This document shows, one piece after another, positions 1 to 54,387 of a stretch of 64,000 nt of DNA (positions are counted from its first letter, which is position 1; every line of letters starts with the position of its first letter). The translations under genes and the position numbers were made by a program. The stretch comes from Octopus vulgaris (taxonomy: Eukaryota): contig OX597829.1 in the NCBI GenBank assembly GCA_951406725.2, forward strand, positions 55,118,001-55,182,000, given 5' to 3'. The notes under the pieces were generated by a model, which did no database searches, was not told where the DNA came from, and saw only the letters and a program-made list of their open reading frames with translations.

Positions 1-63
1 ATATATATGTATATATTAAAGTATATTTATTAATTAATTATTTTACTGTTCTATTATATTTTT

Positions 64-150
64 AACCTGATGAGCGACTATATTTATATGCAAGTGATTT
101 CTCTACTACTATAATCATTTCTTAAATATAGCAGCGAAACACGTGTCGTT
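64..150 (+). ncRNA. Type I minimal hammerhead ribozyme motif (Penelope-like pLTR remnant)
   Basis: aac-CUGAUGA-stem II (GC..CUAUAUUUA/UAAAUAUAG..GC)-GAAA-C-ACGU-G-UC-guu. Confidence 0.75.
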
Positions 151-411
151 TTTCTACCTATTATTACATTATTACATTATTACATTACATTATTCTTGTA
201 ATTTACTTAATCTTTACTTTTTAATTGTTATTTTAATTTTAACTTTTCTATTATTTGTAATTTTCTAGATGGTGTAATTTAATTATTCATTTTGAATTGA
301 TAAAAGGTGGTTTTTTCTAATATTTATATATATTATATTGTGTGGAATTTGATTTAGTATTTCTAAATTGAATTCTTTTTCCTTGTAAGTTTGGATTTTA
401 TTCCCTCAAAT

Positions 412-457
<46 letters not shown>

Positions 458-469
458 AGTTATATATAG

Positions 470-900
470 TTGAGCGGAAGAGCAAAGCCTGTGTGGTATG
501 CCACAGTTTGAGATCTGTATAGAAGTTGGACTTTCGTAAGGACCTGAAGATCCATCTCTTCATTGCTGCAGTTGGGGATGGCTCTGAACATTAACCTGTA
601 TACACTGAGGATGAAGAACTCAGAGCCGTACGAGAGCCTCCCAATAGTTAGCTCGAAAATAACACAGAGTAGACTGTGATTAGCTGGACATGCTCACCAT
701 TATTAAGAGTTGATACTGCATTCAGTGCACCTGCGGAAGCCCCTGCATGGACACACTAGAAGAGGGAGACCAAGGATGACATATGTTTATGCCCTAAGGA
801 CAGACACTGGTCTCTGGGAGACACAGGACATGGCAACAATGACGAGGGACAAGGACCACTGGAAAGAACTCATCCATGGATCTCAGGAAATTCTCCCACC
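470..900 (+). mobile_element. Degraded RTE-like LINE 3' RT fragment
   Basis: HGHTRRGRPRMTYV-type C-terminal motif; stop codons present. Confidence 0.55.
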
Positions 901-907
901 CTATATA

Positions 908-1241
908 GCGCTGCCCCGACGGGCCTCCATGCTGGTGGCACGTAAAAAGCACCATCCGATCATGGTCATTGCCAGCCTTGCCTGGCCCCCGTGCAGGTGG
1001 CACGTAAAAAGCACCATCCGATCATGGTCATTGCCAGCCTCGCCTGGCACCTGTGCCAGTGGCACGTAAAAAGCACCCACTACACTCACGGAGTGGTTGG
1101 CGTTAGGAAGGGCATCCAGCTGTAGAAACATTGCCAGATCAGATTGGAGCCTGGTGCAGCCTCCTGGCTTTACCAGACCCCAGTCAAACCGTCCAACCCA
1201 TGCTAGCATGGAAATCAGACGCTAAATGATGATGATGATGA
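908..1241 (+). repeat. RTE-derived 3' UTR/SINE-like repeat with ~55-bp tandem units and (TGA)n tail
   Basis: gtggcacgtaaaaagcacc units, ggcgttaggaagggcatccagc motif, (tga)n end; more than 20 related copies in the window. Confidence 0.85.
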
Positions 1242-1254
1242 TATATATATATAC

Positions 1255-2180
1255 ATGAGGTGGTATCAAAAAGTTCCCAGATTAATCCTGTAGTACTCCA
1301 ACAGATGCAGATGACTGCACACACTTGCATGCACAGTGATAGCTAGCAGTAACCTTCCTGAGGCAGTGTGTTGAGTGACATTTGCTGTATTTACTTTGCA
1401 AGTTGTGAAATTTGGGTTTTTGTGATCATGTGTATGCTATTGACTGCAATTTTATCATATATGTTTCAAAGTCTGTCAAGATCTCTGTCAATGTGTCGCT
1501 AATGACCCATCATTCATGCTGTGAATCATCACTGGTGATGAGAGTTATGTCTATGAGTACGACCCTGAGATGAAGCAGCAATCAATTACAATAGAAGAGC
1601 TCTTCATCTCCATGTCCAAAGAAGGCATAACAGAACAGCAGCTCAATCAAGAGCGTGCTCATCGCTTTTGTTTTTTTACATCTGCAGTATTGTGCATTGA
1701 GAATTTGTGCCCCAGGGCCAAACTGTCAATTGAAATTTCTACTGTGAAGTTTTAAAGCATTTGAGGGATGACATTTGACGGAAGTGACCGGATCTGTGGA
1801 GCACAAAGAATCGAATTCTTTATACCGACAATGCACCCTGTCACTGAGCTCTCCTCACTAATTTTTTTTTTCTAGATTTAACGCTCACCCTATTTGCCAG
1901 ATTTAGCACCTGTGGATTTCCATCTCTTCCCCCAAGACTAAAATGCAGCTCAAAGGTCACTGTTCTAATAATGTTGCTGAGATCAAGAGAAAATTGCAGA
2001 AGGTCCTTGACTGAAGATAAAATGACCTCCAGGCTGGATTCCAAAAGTTGCAGGAATGCTGGGACAGGTGTATTGCTGTGCAAGGTGACTATTTCGAAGG
2101 AGATGATGTTAAAACTTTGGTAAATAAATGACTTTTTATTAAACATAACTAGTCTAGGAACTTTTTGCTACCACCTCATA
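1255..2180 (+). mobile_element. Decayed mariner (DD34D-type) transposon
   Basis: TIRs tgaggtggtatcaaaaagttcc / ggaactttttgctaccacctca in TA context; remnants IITGDESYVYEYDPE, DNAPCH and PYLPDLAPVDF. Confidence 0.85.
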
Positions 2181-2616
2181 TATTAAGATAGAAAAGGAAA
2201 AAGCAAAACATTTGGAATCACTCAAAAAACATTTAGTTTAAATCTTCCTCATCAACATGGTTTAACATCAGCTTTCCATGCAGGCATGGGTTGGATGGTC
2301 TGACAGGAGCTGGCCAGGGAGGAGAGTTGTACAGGCTCTGACTGTCAATTTTGGCAAGGTTTTTACAGCTGCATGCCCTTCCAAATGGCAACCACTTTAC
2401 AGTGTGGACTAGATGCTTTTTATGTGGCACCAGTACTGGCAGGATCACCACATAACTTGCAAGACAAAAATCTTTTGAGAGGGAGGTGGGTATTGTGGGA
2501 GGTGATCTTGTGTCAGATGGTGAAAGGCTAGAGTGTGACAGAGAGACAGAAAGACAGAAACAGGTGTATTGCTATAGAGGAGGTACTTGGTTACACAGCC
2601 AGAAATAGATGGATAG

Positions 2617-2619
<3 letters not shown>

Positions 2620-2685
<66 letters not shown>

Positions 2686-2686
2686 A
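2620..2686. repeat. (GA)n microsatellite
   Basis: Direct reading. Confidence 0.95.
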
Positions 2687-3777
2687 AATAGGAGAAAGAG
2701 ATGCTGGCAAAGTGCCAGGATATACTCAGAAGGAGTGGGGAACAGAATATAAATGAGATGGAAGAGTAAAGGAAGAGAGAGATCGATGGTGTCAAGTGCC
2801 AGGGCATACCCTCAGGGTACAGAGGGATCAGAATGAAATGTTTATGCATTAGGTATTTTCATAATCAAATAAATAATTAAGTTTTAGGTAAGGTCCATTA
2901 GCAATTCTATAAGCAAAGATTCGATGATAAACCACAGCAAAGGATAATGGAAGTTTCCAGTTCCATTTTTGTATACAGAGTAAATTAGGGTTGAGTAGGA
3001 ATAATATACTACAATATGAAGGGAAGAAAGAAGATCCATGTGCCTGTCTATTCTAGAAACAGCTGTAAGGGACTTTATCTGTTTATATTAAATGTTTTTC
3101 AAGTGATGCCAAATGTTTTGCAATTTCATTTCCTTTTTCAATCTATATTCGCCTGCTCAAGAAGAAACTATTTCTTGCGATCCTTTCGTTGGCATCTTCG
3201 GTACCACAATTTTCTGTTGCATTTCAAGTTGGAGTTTTAGTGGTAAACCAAACTGAGCATTCATAGTACATACCTATTAAATTACATCAATTGACAAAAG
3301 CACCTTGTATATTCTCTCTCCCTCTTTCTCTATGCTTATGTACTTGACTAAAGGGGAATTTGTAAAGGATCAAGGCATATCAAAGTGAGGCATGCCTCAA
3401 TTATTGGCTTGACAGAATGATGCAAATCAGAGAGTTAAGTAATCTGTTATCATATCATGGAAATCATTGCTTCAAGGACATTCACTCTTGTTAGGTAATC
3501 CACAACCGCAATTATATCCAAAGATTACTGGAACCGTAAAAACATATTAAGAATAGACAAACGAGTTATCCAGGACTGCTACAATTGTTTCATTAAGACC
3601 TTTTGTAGTGATGTAAACATGATACTGTCAGGCATGCAGCATGCACAACTTCCATAAAATTATGTAATCTGTTTCATAACTCTCAACTCATCAGGCTATC
3701 GAATAAACAAGTATGCAGTGACATGTTGATTAATCAACAGATCACCAAGAAGGGAAATTTCTAATCAGAATTACCAA

Positions 3778-4009
3778 GGCAGTGAGCTGGCAGAAACGTT
3801 AGCATGCCGGGTGAAATGCTTAGTGGTATTTTGTCTGCTGCTATGTTCTGAGTTCAAATTCCGCTGAGGTCGACTTTGCCTTTCATCCTTTCGGGGTCAA
3901 TAAATTAAGTACCAGTTATGCACTGGGGTCGATGTAATCGACATAATCCCTTTGTCTGTCCTTATTTGTCCCCTCTATGTTTAGCCCCTTGTGGGCAGTA
4001 AAGAAATAA
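3778..4009 (+). mobile_element. tRNA-derived SINE with Meta-like central domain
   Basis: A/B-box-like head, gcctttcatcctttcggggtc..aagtaccag core; target-site duplication gaattaccaa at 3768-77 and 4010-19. Confidence 0.8.
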
Positions 4010-4246
4010 GAATTACCAACATTTATGAAATGTAAAGTCAGTGCGATTACAATCTGTCAGTCACAAGGGAAGATAGTAAAGTGAGGGTGTAAATTAAATA
4101 GCTAAAAGGTTTTTCTGTTCTAAAGGTGTCATTAAACTTTGTGACCTCACTCATAAAGGCAAAACAGGCTTTCATACTAGCAGAGAGCAGGAGCTAAGTA
4201 CAGTATTTGATCCATTCAAAACATATTTAGAGACAATTGTTGAAGT

Positions 4247-5000
4247 TCATCATCATCATCATTGTTAAGCGTCTACTTTCCAGGCTGGCATAAATAAGAC
4301 AATTTGACTGGAACTGGTAAACTGGAGAGCTGTACAAAGCTCCGGTCCTATTTTGGCTTGGTTCTACATCTGGATGTCCTTCATAACTCCAACCACCACA
4401 AGAGTGTAGTAGCTGCCAGTTATGTGTCATTGTCATGGCTGCCTTTTACATGTCATAAGTGCCATTTATGTGTCACCATCATGGGTGCCTTTTACATGTC
4501 ACCTACACTGTTCATGACTACAATTTCACTCGACCTGATGAGTCTTCTGAAGCACAGAAAACTGTCAAAGGTCTTGATCGTTTGTCATTGCCTCTGTGAG
4601 ATCCAACATCTAAAAATCATGTTTCACCACCTTGTCCCATGTCTTCCTCTTCCTCAGGTTCCCTCCACAGTCAGGGATTGGCACTTCTTTACACAGCTGT
4701 CCTCATCCATACGCATCATATAACCATACCAGCACATTCGTCTTTCTTGCATACCACATCTGATGCCTTTTATGATTGTCCTTTCTCTCAAAACACTTAC
4801 ACTCTGTCGTACATGCACACTGAAATTGCACATCCAGTGAAGCATGCTAGCTTCATTTCTTTCAAGCCTTCACACGTCCCCTGGAGTCACAGCCCATGTT
4901 TCACATCCATGTAGCAGGGCTGTTTGCACACAAGTATCATACAATCTGCTTTTCACTTTGAGGGAGAGGTCCTTATTTACCAACAAAGGAAGGAACTCAC
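4247..5000 (-). mobile_element. RTE LINE 3' fragment
   Basis: Minus-strand ORF MLHWMCN..RMCWYGYMMRMDEDSCVKKC plus 3' UTR and (TGA)n tail. Confidence 0.85.
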
Positions 5001-5651
5001 TAAAAATCTGTTTACTGTGTTTTGTTGCTTAGTATATTAAAAAAGTGACATGGTTAATTAATTCCAGCATTACTTATTCATTTACTTAATTCCTCTTGAG
5101 TGATTAAAGTGCTCCAATCAATTATTGAAGAACCAACAAAATATTAGCTTTAATTGTAAATCTAATTATAATTTATGAAAAATAACTGAAGGAAAACTGT
5201 TCAGAATAGCACTGGTCTCTATGAAATTTCAGAGAAGAGGGAGGGAAAAGAAGTAGAGGCTGGAAAAGGAAAAGAAGATAATATATAAAGATAGCTATGA
5301 TCAGAAAGCCAGCAATCATAACCTATAAATACTTAAATAGGAACAGAACAGAATAAATCTAATAGTGAAAGTGGTCAATGCATTGACAGAAAGATGCCAT
5401 TGGTATAAACGAATAAATGTGTATACTTGACTAATGAAAGTCATTTAGGCAATAATCAGTGCCAACATAAAGATATAAATCTGTGAATATGGTTCTGTGT
5501 TCCTTGGGTGTGGTAACTTGGGCAGGTGTCTTTTACTGTAGCCTCAGGCTGACCAAAAACTTCCGAGTGGATTTAGTAGAAGGAAACTGAGAGAAGCCTG
5601 TTGTAAATTTACACACACACAAACACTTCCTTCGCTATTGAACTCTCCTCT

Positions 5652-5686
5652 GTTTCTGAAGAGATGCTTTGCTCGAAACGTTAAAC
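5652..5686 (+). ncRNA. Ultra-minimal hammerhead-like motif (PLE-type)
   Basis: guuu-CUGAAGA-GAUGC.UUU.GCUC-GAAA-CGUU-aaac; same repeat family as 63136. Confidence 0.55.
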
Positions 5687-5753
5687 CATCTTTCTTTCCT
5701 TCCTTGAGCGTCTTTACAAAGTACTTTACATGTACTTTGTTCTCATGTTGTTG

Positions 5754-5824
<71 letters not shown>

Positions 5825-6059
5825 ATATAAACAGCAGGATGCAATGTTTTACCAAAAAGGAGAATTATAATTGTCACCAAATGCGACTAGGGTGTTAAGA
5901 AACATCTACATTGCTAGAAATAAGAGCTAAAATGTTTTAATGCTGTAGTTATTGCACATGAATGAAAACATACGCTAACAGGGACCTGAATCGTCCGATA
6001 GTTATAGATATATAATATATCAAAAAAATCAAAAAATCAAAAAATCAAAATCAAAATCC

Positions 6060-6569
6060 AACCAAATCAAATCAGATATCAGAAAGCAGAACCAAAATCG
6101 AAGTCGATCAACATCAATGGAAATTGCAGCTGTGATACCAGTGCCGGTGACAAGTAAGCGAACCATCCGATCGTGGCTGTTGCCAGCGCCGCCCCGACTG
6201 GCCTCCGTGCCGGTTGTAAAAAGCACCATCCGTTCGTGGCCGTTGCCAGTCTCGCCTGGCCCCCGTGCCGGTGGCACGTAGCACCATCCGTTCGTGGCCG
6301 TTGCCAGCCTCGCCTGGCCCCCGTGCCGGTGGCACGTAAAAAGCACCATCCGTCCGTGGCCGTTTGCCAGCTCCGTCTGGCACCTGTGCCGGTGGCACGT
6401 AAAAAGCACCCACTACACTCACGGAGTGGTTGGCGTTAGGAAGGGCATCCAGCCGTAGAAACACTGCCAGATCAGACTGGGCCTGATGCAGCCTTCTGGC
6501 TTCACAGACCCCAGTTGAACCGTCCAACCCATGCTAGCATGGAAAGCGGACGCTAAATGATGATGATGA

Positions 6570-6573
<4 letters not shown>
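6060..6573 (+). repeat. Young RTE 3' UTR-derived repeat with 4-5 tandem ~55-bp units
   Basis: CpG-rich, near-identical tandem units; (TGA)n tail followed by (TA)n. Confidence 0.9.
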
Positions 6574-6617
<44 letters not shown>

Positions 6618-6772
6618 CAAAATGAGAAAATGGAGAAATATATCTAAATCAATCATCAACTATCAGATAATACCGAATCAATACTTTATTAAACCACTCA
6701 CTACACAATAGCAATGATATTATATTGTACAAATATAACAAGACATATCTTATTTTATATATATATATATAT

Positions 6773-7998
6773 AGGAGTTGAACAAAATAATGGAAACACC
6801 TAGCATCATAGCATCATAATTTTGAAATATCTATAAAACCGTCAAAAGCTTCTTTATTTTTTATGCTTTTTGATTTATTATTTGCGTTACTTAATATGTT
6901 TTGCTAAATTTGCTGTTTCTTTTCAGGTATCATCAGAAAAGAGGTAATTAAAATTTATTAAAACGACAGATCTATCGGATTTTCAAAGAGGTGAAATTGT
7001 TGGTGCTGGTATGGCAGGGCGTTAGCGTAACGAAAACAGCCGAAATGTTTGGTGTATGAAGAAGTTCTGTCTCGAAAGTAATGATAGCCTTTAAGAGGGG
7101 GGAAACCTCCTCGTCGAAACAAAACTTTCAGATAGGGACTGTTGGACTCTTATAAGAATTATAAGAAAGGATCACAAAAGTACAGCTCCCAGAATTACTG
7201 CAGAGCTTAATGATCTCCTTAAGAACCAAATTTCCACAAAAACTGTTCGCCGGGAGCTGCACAAAGGCGGATTTCACAGAAAACCACTACTTTCAAAAAC
7301 AAATGTTGCAAAGCGTTTAGAATGGAGTAAAAACCTACAGAATTGGTCCCTAGAGCAGTGGAAGAATGCTATTTTCTCGGACGAGTCATCCTTTACCCTA
7401 TTTCCGTCCACCGGTCGAGTATACGTGGAGACAGCCAAAAGAAGCATTTGATCCAGACTACCTTCTTCCAACTGTTAAACATGGAGGAATATCCGAGATG
7501 ATCTGGGGGGAGGGGGGGCTATATCTTGGAAATCCGCCGGCCCAATGGTTTCCCTTCATGGCAGAATTAATAGTCAAGACCATTTAAGCATTTTAACTGA
7601 TCAAATTCATTCTATGGTTGCGGAACTGTTTCTGAAGGGAAACACAATCTTTCAGGATGATAATGCACCAATTCACACAGCTAAAGTTGTTACTGAATGG
7701 CACGAGGAACATTCTAGTGAAGTTGAACATCTTATCTGGCCACCACAGTCCTCGGATATCAATATTATTGAACATTTATGGTGTTTTTTAGAAAATGAGT
7801 AAGGAGTCGATATCCTCCACTATCATCACTACAAGAACCGGAGACTGTTTTAGATGGAGAATGGAAACAATTTAAACTTTGTACGAGTCTATAACTCGTA
7901 GAATTCAAGTTGTAATTACTGCCAAAGGCGGTCCTACCCCATATGAAAATAAATTTGTTTGAAATTTAAAGGTGTTTCCATTATTCTGTCCAACCCTG
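6773..7998 (+). mobile_element. Full-length but frameshifted Tc1-like transposon (DD34E)
   Basis: TIRs ..gttgaacaaaataatggaaacacct / aggtgtttccattattctgtccaaccctg within (TA)n; motifs FSDES, IFQDDNAPIH and WPPQSSDINIIEHLW. Confidence 0.92.
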
Positions 7999-8011
7999 TA
8001 TATATACATAC

Positions 8012-8085
<74 letters not shown>

Positions 8086-8950
8086 GTATGTATATATATA
8101 TATACATACATACATATATATATACACACACACTTGTGCGTGTGTGTGTGCTTGTTCCACATTATCTGATAGCCAGTGTTGGTGCTTTTTTTCGTCCTCA
8201 GCAAAAGGGTCCAATAGCATAAGTAGCGGATTTAAAAAAACAAAATAAAACAAAACGACATAAGTACTTGGGGCGATTTATTCGACTAAAAATACCTCTA
8301 GGCTGTGCGGTAGCATGGCCGTAGTCTAATAAAAGATACCTAAGATATTGCGTGTGTGTGTGTCTATATATATATATTATATACATGCATGTTTGTGAGT
8401 AAAAATATTTATCATTTTCCAGTCCATTCATGATAATTTTACCGTCCCTATTGCTAATAAAGGCGGAGGTAAAGGGTTTCGTCGAAAACCGGGTGGTGTG
8501 CGTATTCTTTACCTTCGCTCTGATATGGGTAAACTAGTATAAATATACTGATATGAAAAAAAAAAAAAAAAAATAGCGTAGAGAAAAAGAAAAAATCAGT
8601 ACTTTGACAAAAGAATCTGTCAACCGCAATAGTGAAATGATAGTAAAAGCTATTTGACAAGACGCGAAAATGAACTCTTAAACTCGAGAATCGCATAGTT
8701 TTATGAAATAAAAAAATAAAAAATCACTTTATTATGAATGCTAACTTTATTTCTGTACAAAATTAAAAAAAAATTAGAAGCTTATTCATTAAGGAACACT
8801 TTTTTAATTGAAGTCTTCGATACCAAAGTGTGGCTGTATATACATTGACATACACGGATATAAAAAAAAGTGACCCTCGCTTTTCATTCATTAATTTATC
8901 TTTCTATTAGCAATTAATATCCGAGTGCGCTTCGTCACCTAAAGCAGAAA

Positions 8951-50626
<41,676 letters not shown>

Positions 50627-50642
50627 CTTGGTTTTGGTTTAT

Positions 50643-50729
50643 TTGGTTGTTGCTTCATGAATAGTCATGGAAAAAACCCTTTTTGGGAATGACATGAATA
50701 TGATACTTTTCAACGAACAAGTTAACCAA
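50643..50729 (+). promoter_or_regulatory. SECIS element (form 2-like) in the SELENOW 3' UTR
   Basis: Core AUGAA (50657-61) / UGAU (50701-04); helix II UAGUCAUG/CAUGAAUA (7 of 8 pairs); unpaired AAAAAA (50671-76); apical mini-helix CCC-UUUUU-GGG; helix I UUGUUG/CAACGA. Confidence 0.85.
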
Positions 50730-50771
50730 TGCTGACGAGTTTGAAATTCTTTGAACAAATTTTTTAAATCA

Positions 50772-50777
50772 AATAAA
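50772..50777 (+). terminator. Polyadenylation signal AATAAA of SELENOW
   Basis: AATAAA about 45 nt after the SECIS, followed by a U/GU-rich tract at 50801-50820. Confidence 0.6.
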
Positions 50778-52029
50778 TGATGAATATTAATTATAATCAA
50801 TTTTTGTTTTGTTCGTTATTTCATCTTACCTCCCCCACCATTTCTAACTGTCTGTCATTTTCCTTCTACTCTCTTAAATGAACTTATATAACCCCCCCCC
50901 CCCAGGCTTTTGCAGTCCTCTCTATCTTCTCTTATACCCACTTTCTTTTAAATTGAGGGTACACCTTGACACTTCATCACCACCATCTTTCCTTTCCCAA
51001 TTGGGTTAACCTTGTATCCGTTTTATAGCAAGGTTCCTGTCCCTCTGTCCCTCTGTTGTGCATTATCCTCTCAACCTCCTAGCACAAGGCCACTTCCCTG
51101 ACCAGTCAATTGAAGAGTCTTTGCTTTGCAAGTTACTTGGTGACCTCACTTGTGCTGGTGCAACATAAAAAACATCCAGTTACACTCTGCAAAATGGTTG
51201 GCATTAGGAAGGGTAGCAAACTATAGAAACCATGTCAAAACAGACATTGGGGCTTGATGCAGTCCTTGGACACATTGGATCCTGTCAACCTATCCAACCC
51301 ATGTCAGTATGGCATGTGGATGTTAAATGATGATGTGCATGTGTGGCCTGGTGGTTGGAGTTGTTGCGTTCACAATCATCAAGTTGTGGATTTGATTCCT
51401 GGTATCAGTTGTGTGTTGTATCCTTGGATAAACTACATCGTTTCACATTAATCCAATCGAGCTCTGCTCAAACGAGTTCCAACTTATTGTTAGTGCAGCC
51501 CCCCCTCTCTCACGCTTGCTCACTCATTCTCTCTCTCTCTCCTTTGCTTGGGCAAAGGTTGAAGAACAGACAGGTTGTCTGTTTCTGTCCACAACTCTAT
51601 AAGTAATGAAAGTGAAGAACATGTTACAAGTTCATTCCAGTTTGTGAATGATGGCTTAGTTATATATACATACATACAAACACACACACACACACACACT
51701 ATATATGTGTGTGTGTGTGTGTGTGCATTCAAAGCCAGTGAACAGCAATGACGACACCAGTTTGACTTTGAATCTCTTTAACAATTCAAAATAATGAGTT
51801 TAATTCCTCTTAATTCTACTTCAGTTCATCTAATATATATATATATATATACACATACCTACATGCATATATATACACACACACACACAAACCTACATAT
51901 TTTTATACATATATATGTATATATACATACCTACATGTATATATATGCATATATGTAATCTGTGTGTGTGGAGGAATACAAAAAAACGTTAATGAGTGCA
52001 GGTTATTTCTCTTTAATTAGAGGGGAAAA

Positions 52030-53140
52030 AATTTATAGATTTGGGGAGGCCTAATGAATAAATGGGGAGATCCTATTTTCTAGCAAGTAGCACTTGAAGT
52101 GGATACATTTAGAAAACACTTCTTTACAACTGTTTAATGTGCCAAGCTTCTTATAGTCATTAAGAATTTTGGTTCTCTCCGCCATGCAGATCTTGCGATG
52201 GTCACTTCCATTAATATAGGGGCCTGAATAATCAATTTCCACCTGATGTCACACGTGGTTCCTTGATCTGAGAGATGCCACACATGGCGAACCAGGGATG
52301 TGACAAACCGTCTCTGGGACTCTGAAGAATGATTGGTGGTTAAGAAAACGTTTCTCGAATGAAGTACTCACTGAACCATATATTTATAAACATGGGATGT
52401 GGTCCTATTTGTGCACTCCTGGTAACATGTGACACGGGTCTGGTCATCCCATCAGTGTTAAAGATCAATGATGGTCCTCATCTATGGTGGTGGAACTGGG
52501 AACAGCAGATACCTCCTCCAAGTCATTTTTGGATAGGTCATTATTTCCAGGTGCAGTATTTGTATCGGTCACTCTATCTGCATCTATGTTTTGTTCACTA
52601 TCTGGGGTGGTGGTACTGAGGTCTTCAGTGACGCTCTCTGTGATGCTGGTCCCAGCTTGGTTGTTATCTCTGGGCATGGTAACTGTATTGGCGTGAGGCC
52701 TGGTTAATCTGCTAATAATATTACCATTTGATGTTACATTACTGTTATTATGGATATTAGGTCTGGGTATCACCGTATTGTGGGTACTTGATAAAATGTT
52801 ACTTATTGTTAGGTACACAAAGAAAACTCTTAGGTTGTTCTGTTAAACAAATACCTGTATCTATGTGTTTGTGTAAAATGTTTGTCTATTAATCTAAGGA
52901 AAATCTTGATGTTGAGTGATAAGAGTGAAGCAAACCAAACGACATTTCTGCAGCGCTTCCTTTTCCGGGTGCTAGGGCCAGGCATGTAGAAGATGCAGTC
53001 CTTAAACCCATCTGATGCCAGTGCCTCATTGTAGCAGGGAGCAGTAGCGTTGAAGATATCTTGACTCTAGGGTAGATTCAAGATCCTTTTGTTTACACCC
53101 TTCACAAAGTTCTTGAAAACTATGGGTGGTGGTGACAGTG
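52030..53140 (-). mobile_element. Degraded Penelope-like element (third family)
   Basis: Remnants PCYNEALASDGFKD, GSVSTSFEKRFLNH and KICMAERTKI..LN..EVFSKCIH. Confidence 0.7.
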
Positions 53141-53364
53141 AGAGGCTGTGCTGATATAAGACAGTCTCTCGTCTTATATTGATTTTCCTCAGTATGTACC
53201 TACTCTCCTGGCCAATCTCAGACTTGGCTGGGTTGATCAAGCAGTTAGTAATAATTGATTTTAGTCAATCGTTGTTGATCAATATTTCTCCATTTTCTGT
53301 TTACTTTAAATTTGATTCCTGATAAACTCAGGTTTATCTTTGTCAATACCTGTAATCTCTGAGC

Positions 53365-53810
53365 ACAATATGCTTCTTTTGGCTGTCTTCACCCATATAC
53401 TCGGCCAGTAGGGGGAAATAAGGTAAAGGATGACTCGTCCGAGAAAATAACATTCTTCCACTGCTTTAGGGACCAATTCTGTAGGTTTTTACTCCACTCT
53501 AAACACTTTGCAACATTTGTTTTCGAAAATAGTGGTTTTCTGATTGCAGCCCTTCCATGAAATCCAGCTTTGTGCAGCTCCTGGTGAACAGTTTTTGTGG
53601 AAACTGGGTTCTCGAGGTGGTCATTAAGCTCTGCAGTAATTCTGGGTGCTGTACTTGTGTGATCCTTTCTAACAATTCGTGTAAGAGTCCGATGGTCCCA
53701 ATCTGAAAATTTTGGTTTTCTTCTGGAATTTTGTTTCGATGAGGAGGTTTTCCCCTCTTTCTCAAAGACTGTCATTACCTTTGAGACAGTACTTCTTGAT
53801 ACACCATATT
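53365..53810 (-). mobile_element. Partial Tc1 copy, same family as 6773-7998
   Basis: GVSRSTVSKV..RKPLFSK..WKNVIFSDESSF. Confidence 0.88.
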
Positions 53811-54334
53811 GAGCAGCTGAGAATCCTTGCTGAACCAGTGGATCTTGAATTTTCAATAGATTATGCATTGTGAACTTACTTTTATACCACAACCGTATAT
53901 CATGAGCCTGAGCCACATAATTTCTGCCATGTGATAATGTCATCCTTTGCAAATAACCCTGTGGAAGCAATATCTACTGCATTAGAAGTCTGCTACTGCA
54001 TTACAAAGGTCCTGGTTGCTATGAAATAGCCAGAATCGAAGGATACCTTTCTATGTTAAAAGTTTGTAAAGCTGTATTGTATTATGAACTGAAGAAAGAA
54101 TAGTATATATCCGTATTGCATTAAAAAAAAAAAATTTGCGAGATTACGTCCCTTAAATTGAATTACTTCCCTTAGATTTATAATTTCACAAAGCATTGCA
54201 TGGCTTTGTTGCAAATTTTGAAATGGTTGCATCGAGAAGTGTCTCTTCAGTCATTATAAAAGGATTACAAAATGTGTGTGTGTGTATTACTCAGACACAC
54301 ACGTATTTCAATAACCTTTGGATGGAGAGACGAT

Positions 54335-54387
<53 letters not shown>

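Noticed and set aside
2900-3760. Possible minus-strand exons of a neighbouring gene
   Set aside because: All frames are interrupted; faint WITRLSILNMF and IAKHLASLEKH remnants look more like a decayed hAT transposase, too weak to call
6114-6527. Recurrent 'LDALPNANHSVSVVGAFYVPPA' ORFs resembling a gene family
   Set aside because: Antisense translations of the high-copy RTE 3' UTR repeat; frames are not conserved among copies
7905-8253. ORFs rich in YI/HT/CV dipeptides (also at 19023, 39675, 41836 and 63228)
   Set aside because: They are translations of (TA)n, (CA)n and (CATA)n microsatellites, not genes
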